DNA of 63,715 bases, the filler included, from Lenisia limosa (Eukaryota; Protista; Breviatea), in the NCBI GenBank assembly GCA_001655205.1. It is 14 parts of 14 records of this genome, joined end to end, with 100 filler letters (N's around TTAATTAATTAA, not from the genome) between each part and the next. Parts side by side here need not be neighbours in the genome. Positions count along the whole stretch, not along the records: positions 33,203 to 55,763 come from LPNZ01007417.1; 13 more parts are not named here. One strand, written 5' to 3'. Below, in pieces: positions 36,201-48,622 of this stretch (positions within the stretch are counted from its first letter, which is position 1; every line of letters starts with the position of its first letter). The notes under the pieces were generated by a model. It was not told the origin of the DNA. It made no database searches and worked only from the letters and a program-made list of their open reading frames with translations. Position numbers and translations under genes: made by a program.

Positions 36201-39200
36201 TCTTTTACGAGCAAGTTGAAGCACAGGTATTAATTATGTCACAGCTCCGCCGCATACCTTCTTGATGAAGGGAGTGTAGATGTTGAAGAAAAACCGTTCC
36301 AAGAAGCGCACCGGTTGCTACAAAATAAATTAAGCACGGGGTTAAGTCGGAGTGTTAACATCCGCTAAAAACAATTCTTATGAGGACAAATAATTGGTAC
36401 AATGCATAATATCTAGACATTCTTTAAAAGGGACACAAGAAGACATTTTATCTTAGAAGCCTACCCTCAGGGGCGGTGCTGACTCTTCAATAACATTTCG
36501 TTCCACTGGATCGGCGGTACCTGAAACAATAAATAATGGGCTGAAGAAGATGGATTCACTGAGGCGAGATGGAAGTGAAAAGTGGAAAATTGAGATATTT
36601 CAGGAATATCAGCCCCTTCATACAAGGCGTACCTGGGGGAGTCAGGCTTGGTTGACCACTTTCAATGTCTTGCCTAAAAAGATCAAATAACAACGGTAGA
36701 TATTAATATTTATCATCAACCTTTTTAGAACTGTAGGTTGACTGTTATTTTTCTATTTGATATATTATACTATTAGAAGCCCCTGTGCCACACCCACTTC
36801 TGCTCAAGTTCAGTTTCAGGGTTTTGCTTGGCTTGGAGCTGAAGCTCTTTAGCGCGGTTGTAGTCGTAAACAGCGCGGTCACCAGCGTAAGAAATGCAAC
36901 AACAACATCTGACTGAACATCCCCTAGAAAAAAATAAATTTCACAATAGACAGTTTCATACCTAGCACAGATTGGGAGAAAAATAGCTATTTGGTACGGT
37001 ATTCTCATATGCAGTATGTTTACAGATGTAATTGATCAACAATAAAATTGAATGTAAAATGTTATCTCAGCCAGGCCAACCATTTGTGCCAGAGGAGGAT
37101 CCACGCAGGGTACCACGTGATAACAAGGAGGTAGTTCATGATGACGCAGAGGGCACAGAAGATTCCAAGCACGCGGATGGAGGGAATCTCGGAAATGGCA
37201 GTGGCTGAGAAATGAAAATTTTAAAGTTTCAGAATTAAGAATAACAAACTTGCGATTCTCAAAATAATGAGTCAAGAACACCACCAACCAAAGAAAGCGA
37301 ATGCTGTGGTGAAGGATGTGATGAGCATGGCAGTGCTGGCTCTACGGAAGGCGTAGTCCATACGGCGAAGAAGTCCCTCTTTTCCTGAATTGTAAGAAAT
37401 ATCCACTTGCCCATCCAATAAAGACATATTCATTAATTAGTTTTACATTTGAACCCGAAAGAGCAGTATAATATATCGAAATCAACAACCAAGCCTTTGA
37501 CCAGAGAACCGAATCTAGACAAAACCACACCATCAATACTACCCCCCCCCCATCATTGTATTACCCATACAAACCATCGGAAACAGGCCCTTGCTTCCAT
37601 GCATCAGTGAAGACAAGAACATCATCAGCACCAATAGCAAGGCAAATGAAAAGTGCCTAGAAAATTAGAAATTGCAGGAATACAACACAGTCAACATTAG
37701 CATGACTCAAATGGAGAAGACACCAATTAAAGATGCAAAGAATATACAAAATGAAAATGTAAAGAAACTGGTACAATGAAACTGCTTACCAGAGAGTTAA
37801 AAATCGTCATATTTTCAATGCCAAAAACAACGCGGTAGAAGAACCAGGCAGACGGGAAAGAAAGGAAAATATGTGTGAGCCCGACTGAGCTCAAAAAGAA
37901 CGACTAAAGGATCACCATGGACATGCGGAGTTGCAAAGAATTTCTTTGACAATATAAAGGAATAGTTTAGTACTATTGTGCCACTGTATTACCCACCTTT
38001 GTTTGCCAGGAAAGGATCAAGAACACCATAAGCGATGCTCCACCGAAAGCCACCATCACATCAGTATTCACGACCTTGGAAGTCAAATGTAGATGTAATC
38101 AAAACATGTTTTGTGTCCTAGATGTGAAATGTTGTGATTGTATCAAATATGAATATCAGCTGTAAACATACTCTGTTGATGTATTCATCAGACACACCAC
38201 CTCCGAGAAGAATGGTCTCGATGTCATCGTCCCACTTGGCCACCCAGTCGTCATAGGGGTTGATGTAGTCCTTGAGATAACCACTGTAAAGCGCACTTTG
38301 GTCTAAAAAGTCGTTACAGTATTGGATAGCATGAAGCCCTCTTTGAATATCTTCTTTGGCAGCCACATCCCCCCTCCCACCCCAGAGGTTGTATCGCTTT
38401 CATCACCCCTCCAACCTTCATTGTCATCTATGGTGTTGCGATATCCAGGCAAAGGGCCACCAACGGTGATGTAGTTGCGACTTGCAGTTGCTATATTGGA
38501 GTCATTTGTGACAATACAGGACTTGTTTAAATCCCCATGTGTCATACTAGTATTTGATAGAGGCGGGCCACTTTAGCATATCAAAAAACCAGTTGACAAA
38601 CCTGTGATGCTCTCTTTGGTAAACTCAGTGGGAAAGGGGTAGACAGACGAGTTGAATGCGTGAGAACGGAGAATGGAATCGACGAAAGCTTGGGTGGCAG
38701 GGTCACCTGAGAGGACAATAAGACAGCAGATATTATGATATTTTTTGTTGAATTAGAACGGTTATCCTCTCATATTATCGCGTTAATTAATAATGGAATT
38801 TCTCATTTTAAGGAGTATTTCTTGCCACTCATACCGTTCTGATCGACCATGCGACAGGCTGCCGGAGAGACGGACGTGTCCATGACAAAGTACTTCTCAA
38901 AGAGAGAGCCGGCAGATAGGGGGGCTTCGCAGCTACCGTCTTTCTCCTTCAGACACCACGATGTGAACTAAAAAACGGTCAACTAGCAAGTGGGATTGTT
39001 ATAATATCAGTGGACCATTTTGATCCTGAATTATAGCTATATGATATATATGAGATACTATATGATATACATGTATATATATGTATAATAACAATGAGAA
39101 AAAAAAAGATGTATCTGTCCGAAGCCGTCCACACCATCACGCAAAAAGAGATATTGGATTATTGTATAATATTAAGTCACCCAATCATTTGCCTAACAAC

Positions 39201-40604
39201 ACTGTATACACAGCTTGTATATATATTATAATAATATCCTTATTAAAAGTATTGCTGGTGTAACATGGTATGTTTAACGTCACTTTTATCTTACTCATTA
39301 TCCAAAATGCCAGAAATGAGCCTTTTGTAGAATGACGCAACCAAATACCTTTCCGTCAAGTTCGTACTCCTTATCCCCGGCTCTGTAGAGGGTACCGGAG
39401 GGGTCAAATTTCTCCTTGGGGGTGTATCTGAACAAGGTCGTCACATTAGTGATACTATCAAAATGGATAATAAAAAGGAAAATGGTTTCATTCATATCAT
39501 ATGTACATGTATATAAAACTTAGTTTAAAAGATATTGCTTATAATCTATATTCATGTAAGTTAATACAGCTGTCATATCATATTATGCTATGTGAAAGTA
39601 ATTCCAATCCCCAATTGTAACTCAAAACCCAGAACCAACGTTGTGGTAGTTTCCGTATCATAAGTCTCGAACATGTACTCGAACTCCTTGAAGGCACAGA
39701 GGTATTTCGGTGTCAGGAGATTCTCATCGTCGCGGTGAATGAAGAGAGTCACGAAGCCAGACCCGGGCTGAAAGGGTAAGAACGGGATCTTATCATGTAT
39801 ACTGGTATTTCGTGTCCTGATCAAAAATATGCCTCCACCCACCTTGGAGAACTCATCGTACTCGGGGCCAAAGGCAGAGAAAACAGCCTCCGACATGGCG
39901 TCCCATCGTTCGCCCTCAATCTTGTCGCGGGCATAAAAATTGCTGTGTTGTTAGAGATGTGGTGTTATGGTAATTAATGATTGTTATTTTTCTTTCTCAT
40001 CATATTTTCAAAACATATACTATATCAATACTAAAAAGAAATGGGAGAGCGGTGGGAAAGTACACATACATCAGATGAATGCAATAACACCCTGCCATGC
40101 CTACCCCAAAGTGACCATTTGGAATTCGTGTGCCACGAAGCCTCCGTAGAAGAGACCGATAAGCGTCACAACAACAGCCAAGATGACAAGGCAAGGCGAG
40201 GCAACAAGGAATCGGGTGAACAGCAGGGGCTGGAAAAGAGTAAACATGATACGAATTCAGCTTCTTACAATTAGCCGTGGACTCAATAACAAAAGATATG
40301 ACATCACAAAACAGTATGTAATTGGAAGCTTAATTGTAATTCAGACGAAATCAATGACATCATCACCCTTCCTAACTTTGAATGGTTCTGTCTTGGTGGA
40401 AGGAGCGGCGAATTGTTCGTCGGTTCCGAGGTCGATTGTTTGGAGGGCCTCAACCTCATTCGGGTCTTGCTGGACTGAATTACACAACATATATTTTGTT
40501 GTCATCATCATCCTTTCAACATCACCCAATTAAGCAACCGTGGAAGCAATTAAACAAACACATACCTTTTGAGGATCTGCTTGAGAAGATGCCATGACTG
40601 CCAT
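33203..40604 (-). CDS. Dispatched/Patched-family (RND, sterol-sensing domain) multi-pass membrane protein; 3' end cut off by the linker
   Basis: ATG at 40604 and more than 20 exons. SSD motifs AIGADDVLVFTDAWKQ (~37640) and RRASTAMLITSFTTAFAF (~37350) are present. The second TM half includes VVGGAITTLVSSLFLWPATLLAVKIFGVILF (~33320-33205). Confidence 0.8.
39093..39218 (-). repeat. Family C copy in a Dispatched-like intron
   Basis: Both the CAAATGATTGGGTGA block and the GCGTGATGGTGTGGACGGCTTCGG block are present. Confidence 0.85.
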
Positions 40605-40991
40605 CAAAGCGGGGAATTATTCGGCAAGGCGGTGATTAAAATTCGGCTTAGCTGCTGACTAGAAGAGGGATGTCGTAATGATTCACAATAGTAGGTAATA
40701 TGAGAAAGTGGTGTTTCTAGCAGTCAAGAACTTTTAAAAGGAAGAAAGGAAAGCCAAAGGAGTGGAAATTTGGAAATGGCAGAACTTTGGAATGGCAATT
40801 TTATTTGGTTGTTAGCATCCCCACTATTATTACTATTTAGGTGAAATTTGAAGCGAATCTTTTGCCTCCTATGCTCTGTATTGTAGATCTGTATATCATA
40901 AAGTAATAAATATATCAAGAAGGAAGCAAGAGAGAAGAAGAAACTATCATATATTTAACGTGGATCTTCCCATTCTCCCTTTACATTGCCA

Positions 40992-43900
40992 ATGTTGATC
41001 TCCTCCGAAGCAGCACTTTCCGACCAACTATCGACATTAAACAGCGTACTGCCACCCTTACCACCGTAGGCCTTCCGTATCCTTATTTTGTAACAGAGTT
41101 ACAAGGAGTACTCTGTTGCTTTGTTGTAAATGTGCATATTGTATTTATTTCCTGCATTATTTATGTATTTAGCTGGGAGTCAAGGTGGGATCTTGCATGT
41201 CCATTATGTTCCTACGAGACAGCACTACATCCTCCAGGTAAGAAAACGAGAACACAAAGATTCCTAGAATCGAAAATAACAGTTACAATCAGGATTTCAC
41301 GAATCGGTTTTTGAGAGCTTTGTCAAGGTATTACGTGTTTTCTTGTTTTCTTCAATTTTTTCAAGTTATATTATTAACGCATTATATTCGTTGGTTCTTA
41401 CTTGAACAGGAGTGCTCAAGCATGCTTCTCCATCTACAACTGACGAAGGGGGGCAGGATGTGGCGGATAGGTTTGCTTCCCAATTGTGTGTGTGTGTGTG
41501 TGTGTGTGTGTTAACGGCTTCGGGAGCCTCTCTTATTTACCTTAATAATATATTACTATCATCCAATATCTCTTGGCATGAAGATGTGGGGACAGACACT
41601 ACCTTGTGTATTTCATAAATTTCCATTATTCTTCACATTACCAACCAGTCGGGTTGCGTCCGTATTAACGGCTCTACGCTCGCATCTTTCGGCCAAGCAC
41701 AATGCCGCTGTGGTCAACATTGAAGAGGTCGCGGAGCTTAACTCGTAGGCAGGGGGTTTACGTTTAGAAAACCCTTTGTAAAGGTAAAGTATCGATATAT
41801 ATGAGGATTTATCGAGAAATTCAGTCTTTTTTCGAACCAAAGTGAAACCCTACCTATTTACAACACAGATATTTGGCACACTACCGAAACCAGCTTGAAT
41901 CCGGGGCAATCAAAAGCGAAGATATTCAGACAGGTTTGCTCTATTCTGCGGAGTAAGAAAATACACTAAATAAATATCATAAAATCTAGGGATAATAAAA
42001 ACTATAAACAAAACTAACATGCACTGTACTACCTCTGGGTGGGGGGGGGGCACGCTGTTTAATGAGTGGGTGTATCAATAATATTTATGCAATAATCCAA
42101 TATTTGATGTAAGCATAATGGTGTGGACGGATTCGGCCTGATACAGCCTTTTCTTCTCATTTTATTACAGAAAAGGGCTTGGTATTTGGAAGCAGCAGTC
42201 CGATAGGTGAAGATGACAAAGCCTTGAGAAGCGCTATTAGAATGCGAAGCCTTGTGGGGGGGGGGGGCAAAAGNNNNNNNNNNNNNNNNNNNNNNNNNNN
42301 NNNNNNNNNNNNNNNNNNNNNNNNNNNNNNNNNNNNNNNNNNNNNNNNNNNNNNNNNNNNNNNNNNNNNNNNNNNCCTATCTTGGAATTAACGACAGAGA
42401 TATTTGGATTGTTTATTATGAATCCACTCTGTTGAGTTATGATGAAGAATGTGAATAATGAGATATTGACTTGAAGTTATGGTTCTCAAGATGGGTAGGT
42501 TGAAGATACATGTATGTATCACTCTGTTAGCGTCTACACTGGGGTGAATAGTGGAGTTTAGTGGAGGGAACCTGGTTTATTGTACTCTAATACCTTCACG
42601 GAGTTGGAAAAAGAATGACTGGGTTGGATAATAAGCTATTTCATTCATTTCACTTCGCTAGCTGTCTCTAACTCACGACCAAAACACGGAACGATTCCNN
42701 NNNNNNNNNNNNNNNNNNNNNNNNNNNNNNNNNNNNNNNNNNNNNNNNNNNNNNNNNNNNNNNNNNNNNNNNNNNNNNNNNNNNNNNNNNNNNNNNNNNN
42801 NNNNNGGTACCTTTTTTTTGTCTTTTGAGAGCAAAAAATTACATTAAAAAATATTAAAATAATACATAGGGACACCTAAAACGGGTAGCTCATAAAGTTA
42901 TTTGATAGAATCAATCGAACAGTGACCGTTTTTTTCAGGTGGTTTACCCGCTTAGACAAGACCTCTTCATCCACCTCCAAGAACACTCCTTTTCCTGCGG
43001 TCATCCTGATAACGTCGTCAATGTCACTCGTCTTATGGAGGCTATGGCTGCCAAAATGAAAGTGTAGGCACGGCTTAATATTGATGAAAGTATAGGTACA
43101 TCTGAAGGGCATGGGTCATTGAATGGGTGAGTTAATTATAGTTTATCATAGTATATGACTAGGGCTCCGTGCAATTAAGTTTTTGAGGAAATTAGGTGAC
43201 AAAATTGGACACTAAAGTGTCTGAAAAGGTGTTCTCGTTACAATATGTCCCTCGTCAAATTTTGCTTTTTTTTTTTTTTTTTTAATTGATGTNNNNNNNN
43301 NNNNNNNNNNNNNNNNNNNNNNNNNNNNNNNNNNNNNNNNNNNNNNNNNNNNNNNNNNNNNNNNNNNNAGGGGCTTTGATGAACAAAGGGCTGTCGATCT
43401 AAGAACTAGGATGAGCAAAATCGGAATTTTTTGCAAATTATTTTCATTTCTCATGGTTTAGACATGAGTGCCTTTATTGTAACAAGGTGTTCCGTGCAAA
43501 GTCTGCATTGAGGAATCATATGAGAAAGAAGGGACATGTACATGTTTGAGGGAAGAGAACTGCAATTATCACTCACAGAGTTGTAAGGCAAATGATTGGG
43601 TGAATTAATACTACTATAAATCCAATATCTCTTATAAGCGTGATGGTATGGCCGGCTTCGGCCAGATACTCCCTTGCTTTATTGCTCATCTCCACGTATC
43701 ATGGACATATTGTTTTGATCGATGTAACCTTTTAGTTGTCGCCGGCAAACCGCGATTGGGACGAGTATTTCCTTTCCAATTTCAGCGTTTGTGGAGTTTG
43801 AAGTTCAATTTACACCATATCCATGCAAATATGTACTATACACTATAAACACTCTATTTTCAATCCAATAACCCTAAAAAGCGCGATGTTTGGACAGCTT

Positions 43901-45724
43901 CGGCCAGATACTACCTATCTTTTCGTCTTCTCAACATATTGATTTTGATTCGTGTTAAGACTAGTTGCAAAAGGTGGACAATAATCTATTCTCTGTCTGG
44001 AATTTTTTTTTTTTTTTCCGAGTGTTTTTGACAATTCAGACTAAAGACGACCGACCCGACTTTGAGGGGTGAAAGGGGGGGGGGTAAAACGAAGCAAATC
44101 TTCATAAACAGTAAGCACTGTTGTATAATGTACATGTACGTTAGTCAATACTTCTTAAATATTCTGAAGTAGGATGTTAAGGAGCTTCGGTCGACTTCTT
44201 TAACTTGTCTCATTTCTCCGTATAGTGACCGGGATGAGCAACTTTCTATTGCGTCAGGTGATGATGAAACGTTTGAAGGTGCGAGGGTTGGTCTATTTCT
44301 TCCATGCTTCGGTTTTGATGATGACATTCTCTCTGACTTTCTTAGTTATGGCCTTTTTTTCTGATGAGCATTTTTCGACAGTTCAGGTAAGTCAAAGTTA
44401 TCTGTGTTTATCCAACAGAGCCCCCCCCCCCTCCTTTTTTTTTGTTGATGTGATGTCGGAGGATTTTGCTCAATTATTTCCGACCATTAGCACTATTGTC
44501 TGTAGAAGCGACTGGTCTGGGCTTTGTTTGTTTTGTTAACCCTTGTGTTTTTCCAAATAGCCAACAGAGTTGAATTTGGGCTTTGTTTTTTGTTTTATTG
44601 TACATATAAATGTGCCTTTTCACCCCCCCCCCCCCNNNNNNNNNNNNNNNNNNNNNNNNNNNNNNNNNNNNNNNNNNNNNNNNNNNNNNNNNNNNNNNNN
44701 NNNNNNNNNNNNNNNNNNNNNNNNNTCAGTGGTCACCCAGGCTAAAATGGAGACATACACCTTGATAAAGCTCATTAACTTTTTGAGGAGGAAGGTGGGC
44801 TATGGGTAATTGTAGATGGGAAGCTAAGGAGGGGGGGTAATGTGGATTGTATGCTGAAAACCATCTTTTTTACTGTTTAGTCGCAGGGAAAAGCCTGTCC
44901 TACTTGCTCTGCAGTTTTCCCCTCTCATTCTGATGTTAGTGGTTCTTGTTCAGTTAATCTTCTTTTTGTTTTCCCATTTATAATAATACAGTTGATGTTA
45001 TAGCGCTTTTGTTTTCAAGCTTACCCCACCCCCCCTCTTGGCTTCGTCACTTGGGTTGTTTCTCTCAGTTTTGTTTCTTTCAAATACACAATAGTATATC
45101 ACCCCCCCCCCAGCTCTGCACCCACATTAAGGATTCCAACCACTTCAACTTGCACACGTTAAGCCCGGAGCCTTGGAACGCCGAACAGTATCTTTTCCCG
45201 ATAGGTGTGCTTAACAAATGATTGGGTGAAGTACTATGTATATATTATATTTACAATTTTAATCAACATCTCTAAAACGAGATGAAAAATTCAGAGTTCT
45301 AACATAATTGATTTATTTTACTGCTTTAGACGAAGATGACCCATTCCTCACCAACAACCTCCAACTTTTCAGTCTTTGTTGCGACGATCGTGGCTCTGAT
45401 GTTGAACCGGTTTGTTAATATTTGGTAATGATGTAGTTTTATATTTCTCATTTTTCAGCTTCAACCAGACAACTTTATTGACGGGATATTGTTTTTAATT
45501 TGGCTTCACTATTTTTCTCACTTTCTAGGAGGATATTCTTATATGTACTAATTATGTTATACTGATTAAATAACATCCTGGAGAAATAGAACTTGATGGA
45601 AAATAGTATTTTTGTTTCCCTGATTCGTTGTTCATTCACATTCCAGGAGGCTGTGATTGGTGTGGAAGCCGAGGACTATAGTCCGCCGCCGGAGGCCCAA
45701 AGACTAGCTGCTGAACTCCAATAA
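40992..45724 (+). CDS. ZNF277: ZNF277-like C2H2 zinc-finger protein
   Basis: Stitched exons give ACPLCSY...LRSHLSAKHNAAVVNIEEVAELNSYLAHYR, EDDKALRSAIRMRSL, HSFSCGHPDNVVN, HECLYCNKVFRAKSALRNHMRKKGH (43454-43536), LIKLINFLRRK and LCTHIKDSNH...WNAEQYLFP. This is colinear with ZNF277 motifs as I recall them (CLYCEKTF...HMRKK.H; VKLVNFIRRQ). The last exon (stop at 45724) is inferred. Confidence 0.8.
41750..41852. mobile_element. Family A MITE filling most of a ZNF277 intron
   Basis: The core and right TIR GTGAAACCCTA lie inside intron 41745-41870. Confidence 0.75.
43575..43690 (+). repeat. Family C copy in a ZNF277 intron; more at 42095-42169, 43862-43935 and 45205-45235
   Basis: CAGAGTTGTAAGGCAAATGATTGGGTGA...CCAATATCTCTTATAAGCGTGATGGTATGGCCGGCTTCGGCCAGATAC. 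Confidence 0.9.
44495..44635 (+). repeat. Family B copy in a ZNF277 intron
   Basis: GTAGAAGCGACTGGTCTGGGC...AGCCAACAGAGTTGAATTTGGGC...poly-C running into a gap. Confidence 0.8.
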
Positions 45725-46057
45725 AAGCGGATTTTGGTTGGGGGTGGGGGGGGGGGGGGCNNNNNNNNNNNNNNNNNNNNNNNNNNNNNNNNNNNNNNNN
45801 NNNNNNNNNNNNNNNNNNNNNNNNNNNNNNNNNNNAATCAGTCTTTATTTGGACCAAAGTGAAACGCTATCTAAAATGCTATTCAAGAGAGCTGTCAGGA
45901 ACTCATCATTTAGTTGACCGTTGGAAAGGCTTGACAACCATGTGTTTTTTGATGCCAGCCTGCTATTGGACGATAAGCACCACTGTGATGATTTTATAAA
46001 TGTTTAACATGCCTGGAAAGGAATAGTGTACAACCTCTGTATCCACCACCATATAAC

Positions 46058-48053
46058 CTAGTACTTGTAGCGGGTCGAGTAATCCTTGGGGGCAATCACA
46101 AGACCACGACCTAAAATGTGACATTTTGTCAACAATTGTAGAACAAAATAAAAATGTAAACAATGTCGGATATTTGTAGTAGGTCAGTTCCTTCTTCATA
46201 GAATTGCAGAGAAAAGCCGATATGATATTTGACCAGTAATCAAGAAATTTGTTTGTTATTGCTGTTCTCGGAAATATATACCATTCATACTACAAATGAT
46301 ATAAGTAAAGATGAAAAATAAAACAACATTGCATCTGGCCGAAGCCGTCCACTCTATCAAGCTAAGAATATTGGATTATAGTAGTATCTGGCCGAAGCCG
46401 TCCACATCATCATGCTTTGATATTGGATTATCTGGCCGCAGCCGTTCACACCATCATGATGAGAAGAGATATTGGATATAAGAGTGGTAACCCACCCTTT
46501 CTGGCACCTCTGTAGACAATTTCGATCAAATCAATGAACTCCTGTTCGTCGTTCATGGCCCAGTTGACCTTGTTATTGTTACCTGGGCATAGTGAGGCAT
46601 AAATTTTTGAGAACAATAAAATACATTCTAGCAATACTAACTACTCCGCACAAACTTTAATTACAACACACACATATCATATAGTATGTATATCTATACA
46701 TAATAAAAGGAAAGAGAAGCTTAAAGAGGTGAAAGAACAAAACCTACAAAAGCTCACATAAGAGCAATTGCAATTCTCCAACCCACCTGTTCCCAAATCA
46801 ACCATAATATGTTTGTTTCTGTAGAAGAACATAGTGGAAACGTCATCTGTCAGCTAAAAGGAATAGGTTATATAAGGAGACCATTTGAAAAGAATCAAAT
46901 GTAAGAAAAAGAACGTTGNNNNNNNNNNNNNNNNNNNNNNNNNNNNNNNNNNNNNNNNNNNNNNNNNNNNNNNNNNNNNNNNNNNNNNNNNNNNNNNNNN
47001 NNNNNNNNNNNNNNNNNNNNNNNNNNNNNNNNNNNNNNNNNNNNNNNNNNNNNNNNNNNNNNNNNNNNNNNNNNCACCATCATGCTTATGGAAATATTGA
47101 CGGTAGATATCATTTATTTACCCAAATATATGTCTTACATTCCTCGTACAGAGTTACACCTAGTTTGAATTTCTCAATAAATCTTCAAAACTATCGATCT
47201 TGATCCGAGCGAAACCTATTTACCCCCACAAACTTCATACATACGGTTGAAATCGGTCACTTCTGAGGTGTCAACCTGGACTATTAGTTTTGAATTGTAG
47301 AAATTTTTATTTTAAAAAGAAAGCAAAACAAGGGGACAACAATACAATAGAGGGTTCGGACCGCTTTGGCAAAACGCAGATTCAAGGGATATGTTAACCC
47401 ATCTCCATTTAAGTCGAAATGATGAATGAAGATAACACGAGGGTTCATCAATGAGACTTGTCGGAATTATCATACGATTGGATATGAGGTATCATATCAC
47501 TGCGTGGAAAATGATAGTTCACACGTGTGAAAATGATCAAAAAAGCGATATGAAATGTAGAAATAAGAAAAGGTGTAGTGTCAGTCCAAAGCTGTACACC
47601 TTTGGTATGATGGATTCAACGAATAGTTTGAAAGTGGCGGAATAATCNNNNNNNNNNNNNNNNNNNNNNNNNNNNNNNNNNNNNNNNNNNNNNNNNNNNN
47701 NNNNNNNNNNNNNNNNNNNNNNNNNNNNNNNNNNNNNNNNNNNNNNNNNNNNNNNNNNNNNNTTGTAGAGGAGCTCATCCATAAGCATGCAGGTGGGGTT
47801 GTAGTCGTGTCTGATCGGTCAGTAAACCCAATGTTCATAGATTTAACGCCACCAAATATCAACTTAGACTGATACTGAGTATGACAGTCTCAAATCACAA
47901 TTTCAGTATGAAGGGTATATGCTATTCATTGCATGCAGAGAGCAGACTCTCCGAAACCCACCCAAATCGAATGATCACCACTTTCTCCTCCTCTGTAACA
48001 ATGGCTTGGTCGACTTCCCAGCCAGAGTGAAGATGCGGAAGCATATACGACAT
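46058..48053 (-). CDS. TXNL4A: DIM1/TXNL4A, thioredoxin-like U5 snRNP protein
   Basis: Exons 48053-47962, 47810-(gap), 47275-47234, 46853-46787, 46582-46496 and 46110-46058 give MSYMLPHLHSGWEVDQAI...IRFGHDYNPTCMLMDELLY...MFFYRNKHIMVDLGTGNNNKVNW...VYRGARKGRGLVIAPKDYSTRYKY*. Confidence 0.95.
46333..46477 (-). repeat. Three head-to-tail family C 3' modules in the last DIM1 intron
   Basis: ATCTGGCCGAAGCCGTCCAC...TATTGGA occurs at 46333, 46384 and 46429. Confidence 0.9.
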
Positions 48054-48622
48054 TTTGAACCCTAAGCCAGCGTTAGAGAAGAAGCACACGAAGAGTAAGC
48101 AAACTGTTTTCAAGAAAACCGCTTCCAAGTGTGTATAAATGCGATCAATGAAGACGAACGCGTTATATGGAGAGTATGTGGGATACAAGAAGGGAAGGGA
48201 AAAGAAAGGATGCGCGGAAAAAAAGTTTCAATGAAATAAGAAAAGACCTGGGGTTTCCATCAAGTAAATTGATTTTTTTTTTTCATTTTTTCCCCTTTAC
48301 AACCCTCTTTCTGCATTTCTATCACCACACTACCCACTCTAAACCGACCTGAGGTTCACAGCTGAGCCCGAGGAGTTTGTTCAGAGTGACACTACCACAC
48401 TATCACATAATAAGAGTTGAAAAGCTGAAATAGAGAAATAGAAATAAGAATAACATCATCACGTATAAGAGTAAAATGCTAAAATTGTCTGAAAACTCAG
48501 CCTCATGCATGAGTGCAGCTCAGTATACCAACATACAAAAAGGCCTGTAATAAGCTAAATTACAATGCTTCTAGTAGATCAAACAACAACATAATAGACG
48601 AAGAAATAAGGATATCATAGTT

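Noticed and set aside
42876-43112. Separate minus-strand gene (HSLHKTSDIDDVIRM...)
   Set aside because: The plus strand encodes a ZNF277 exon (HSFSCGHPDNVVN) that splices in frame to the CLYC finger.
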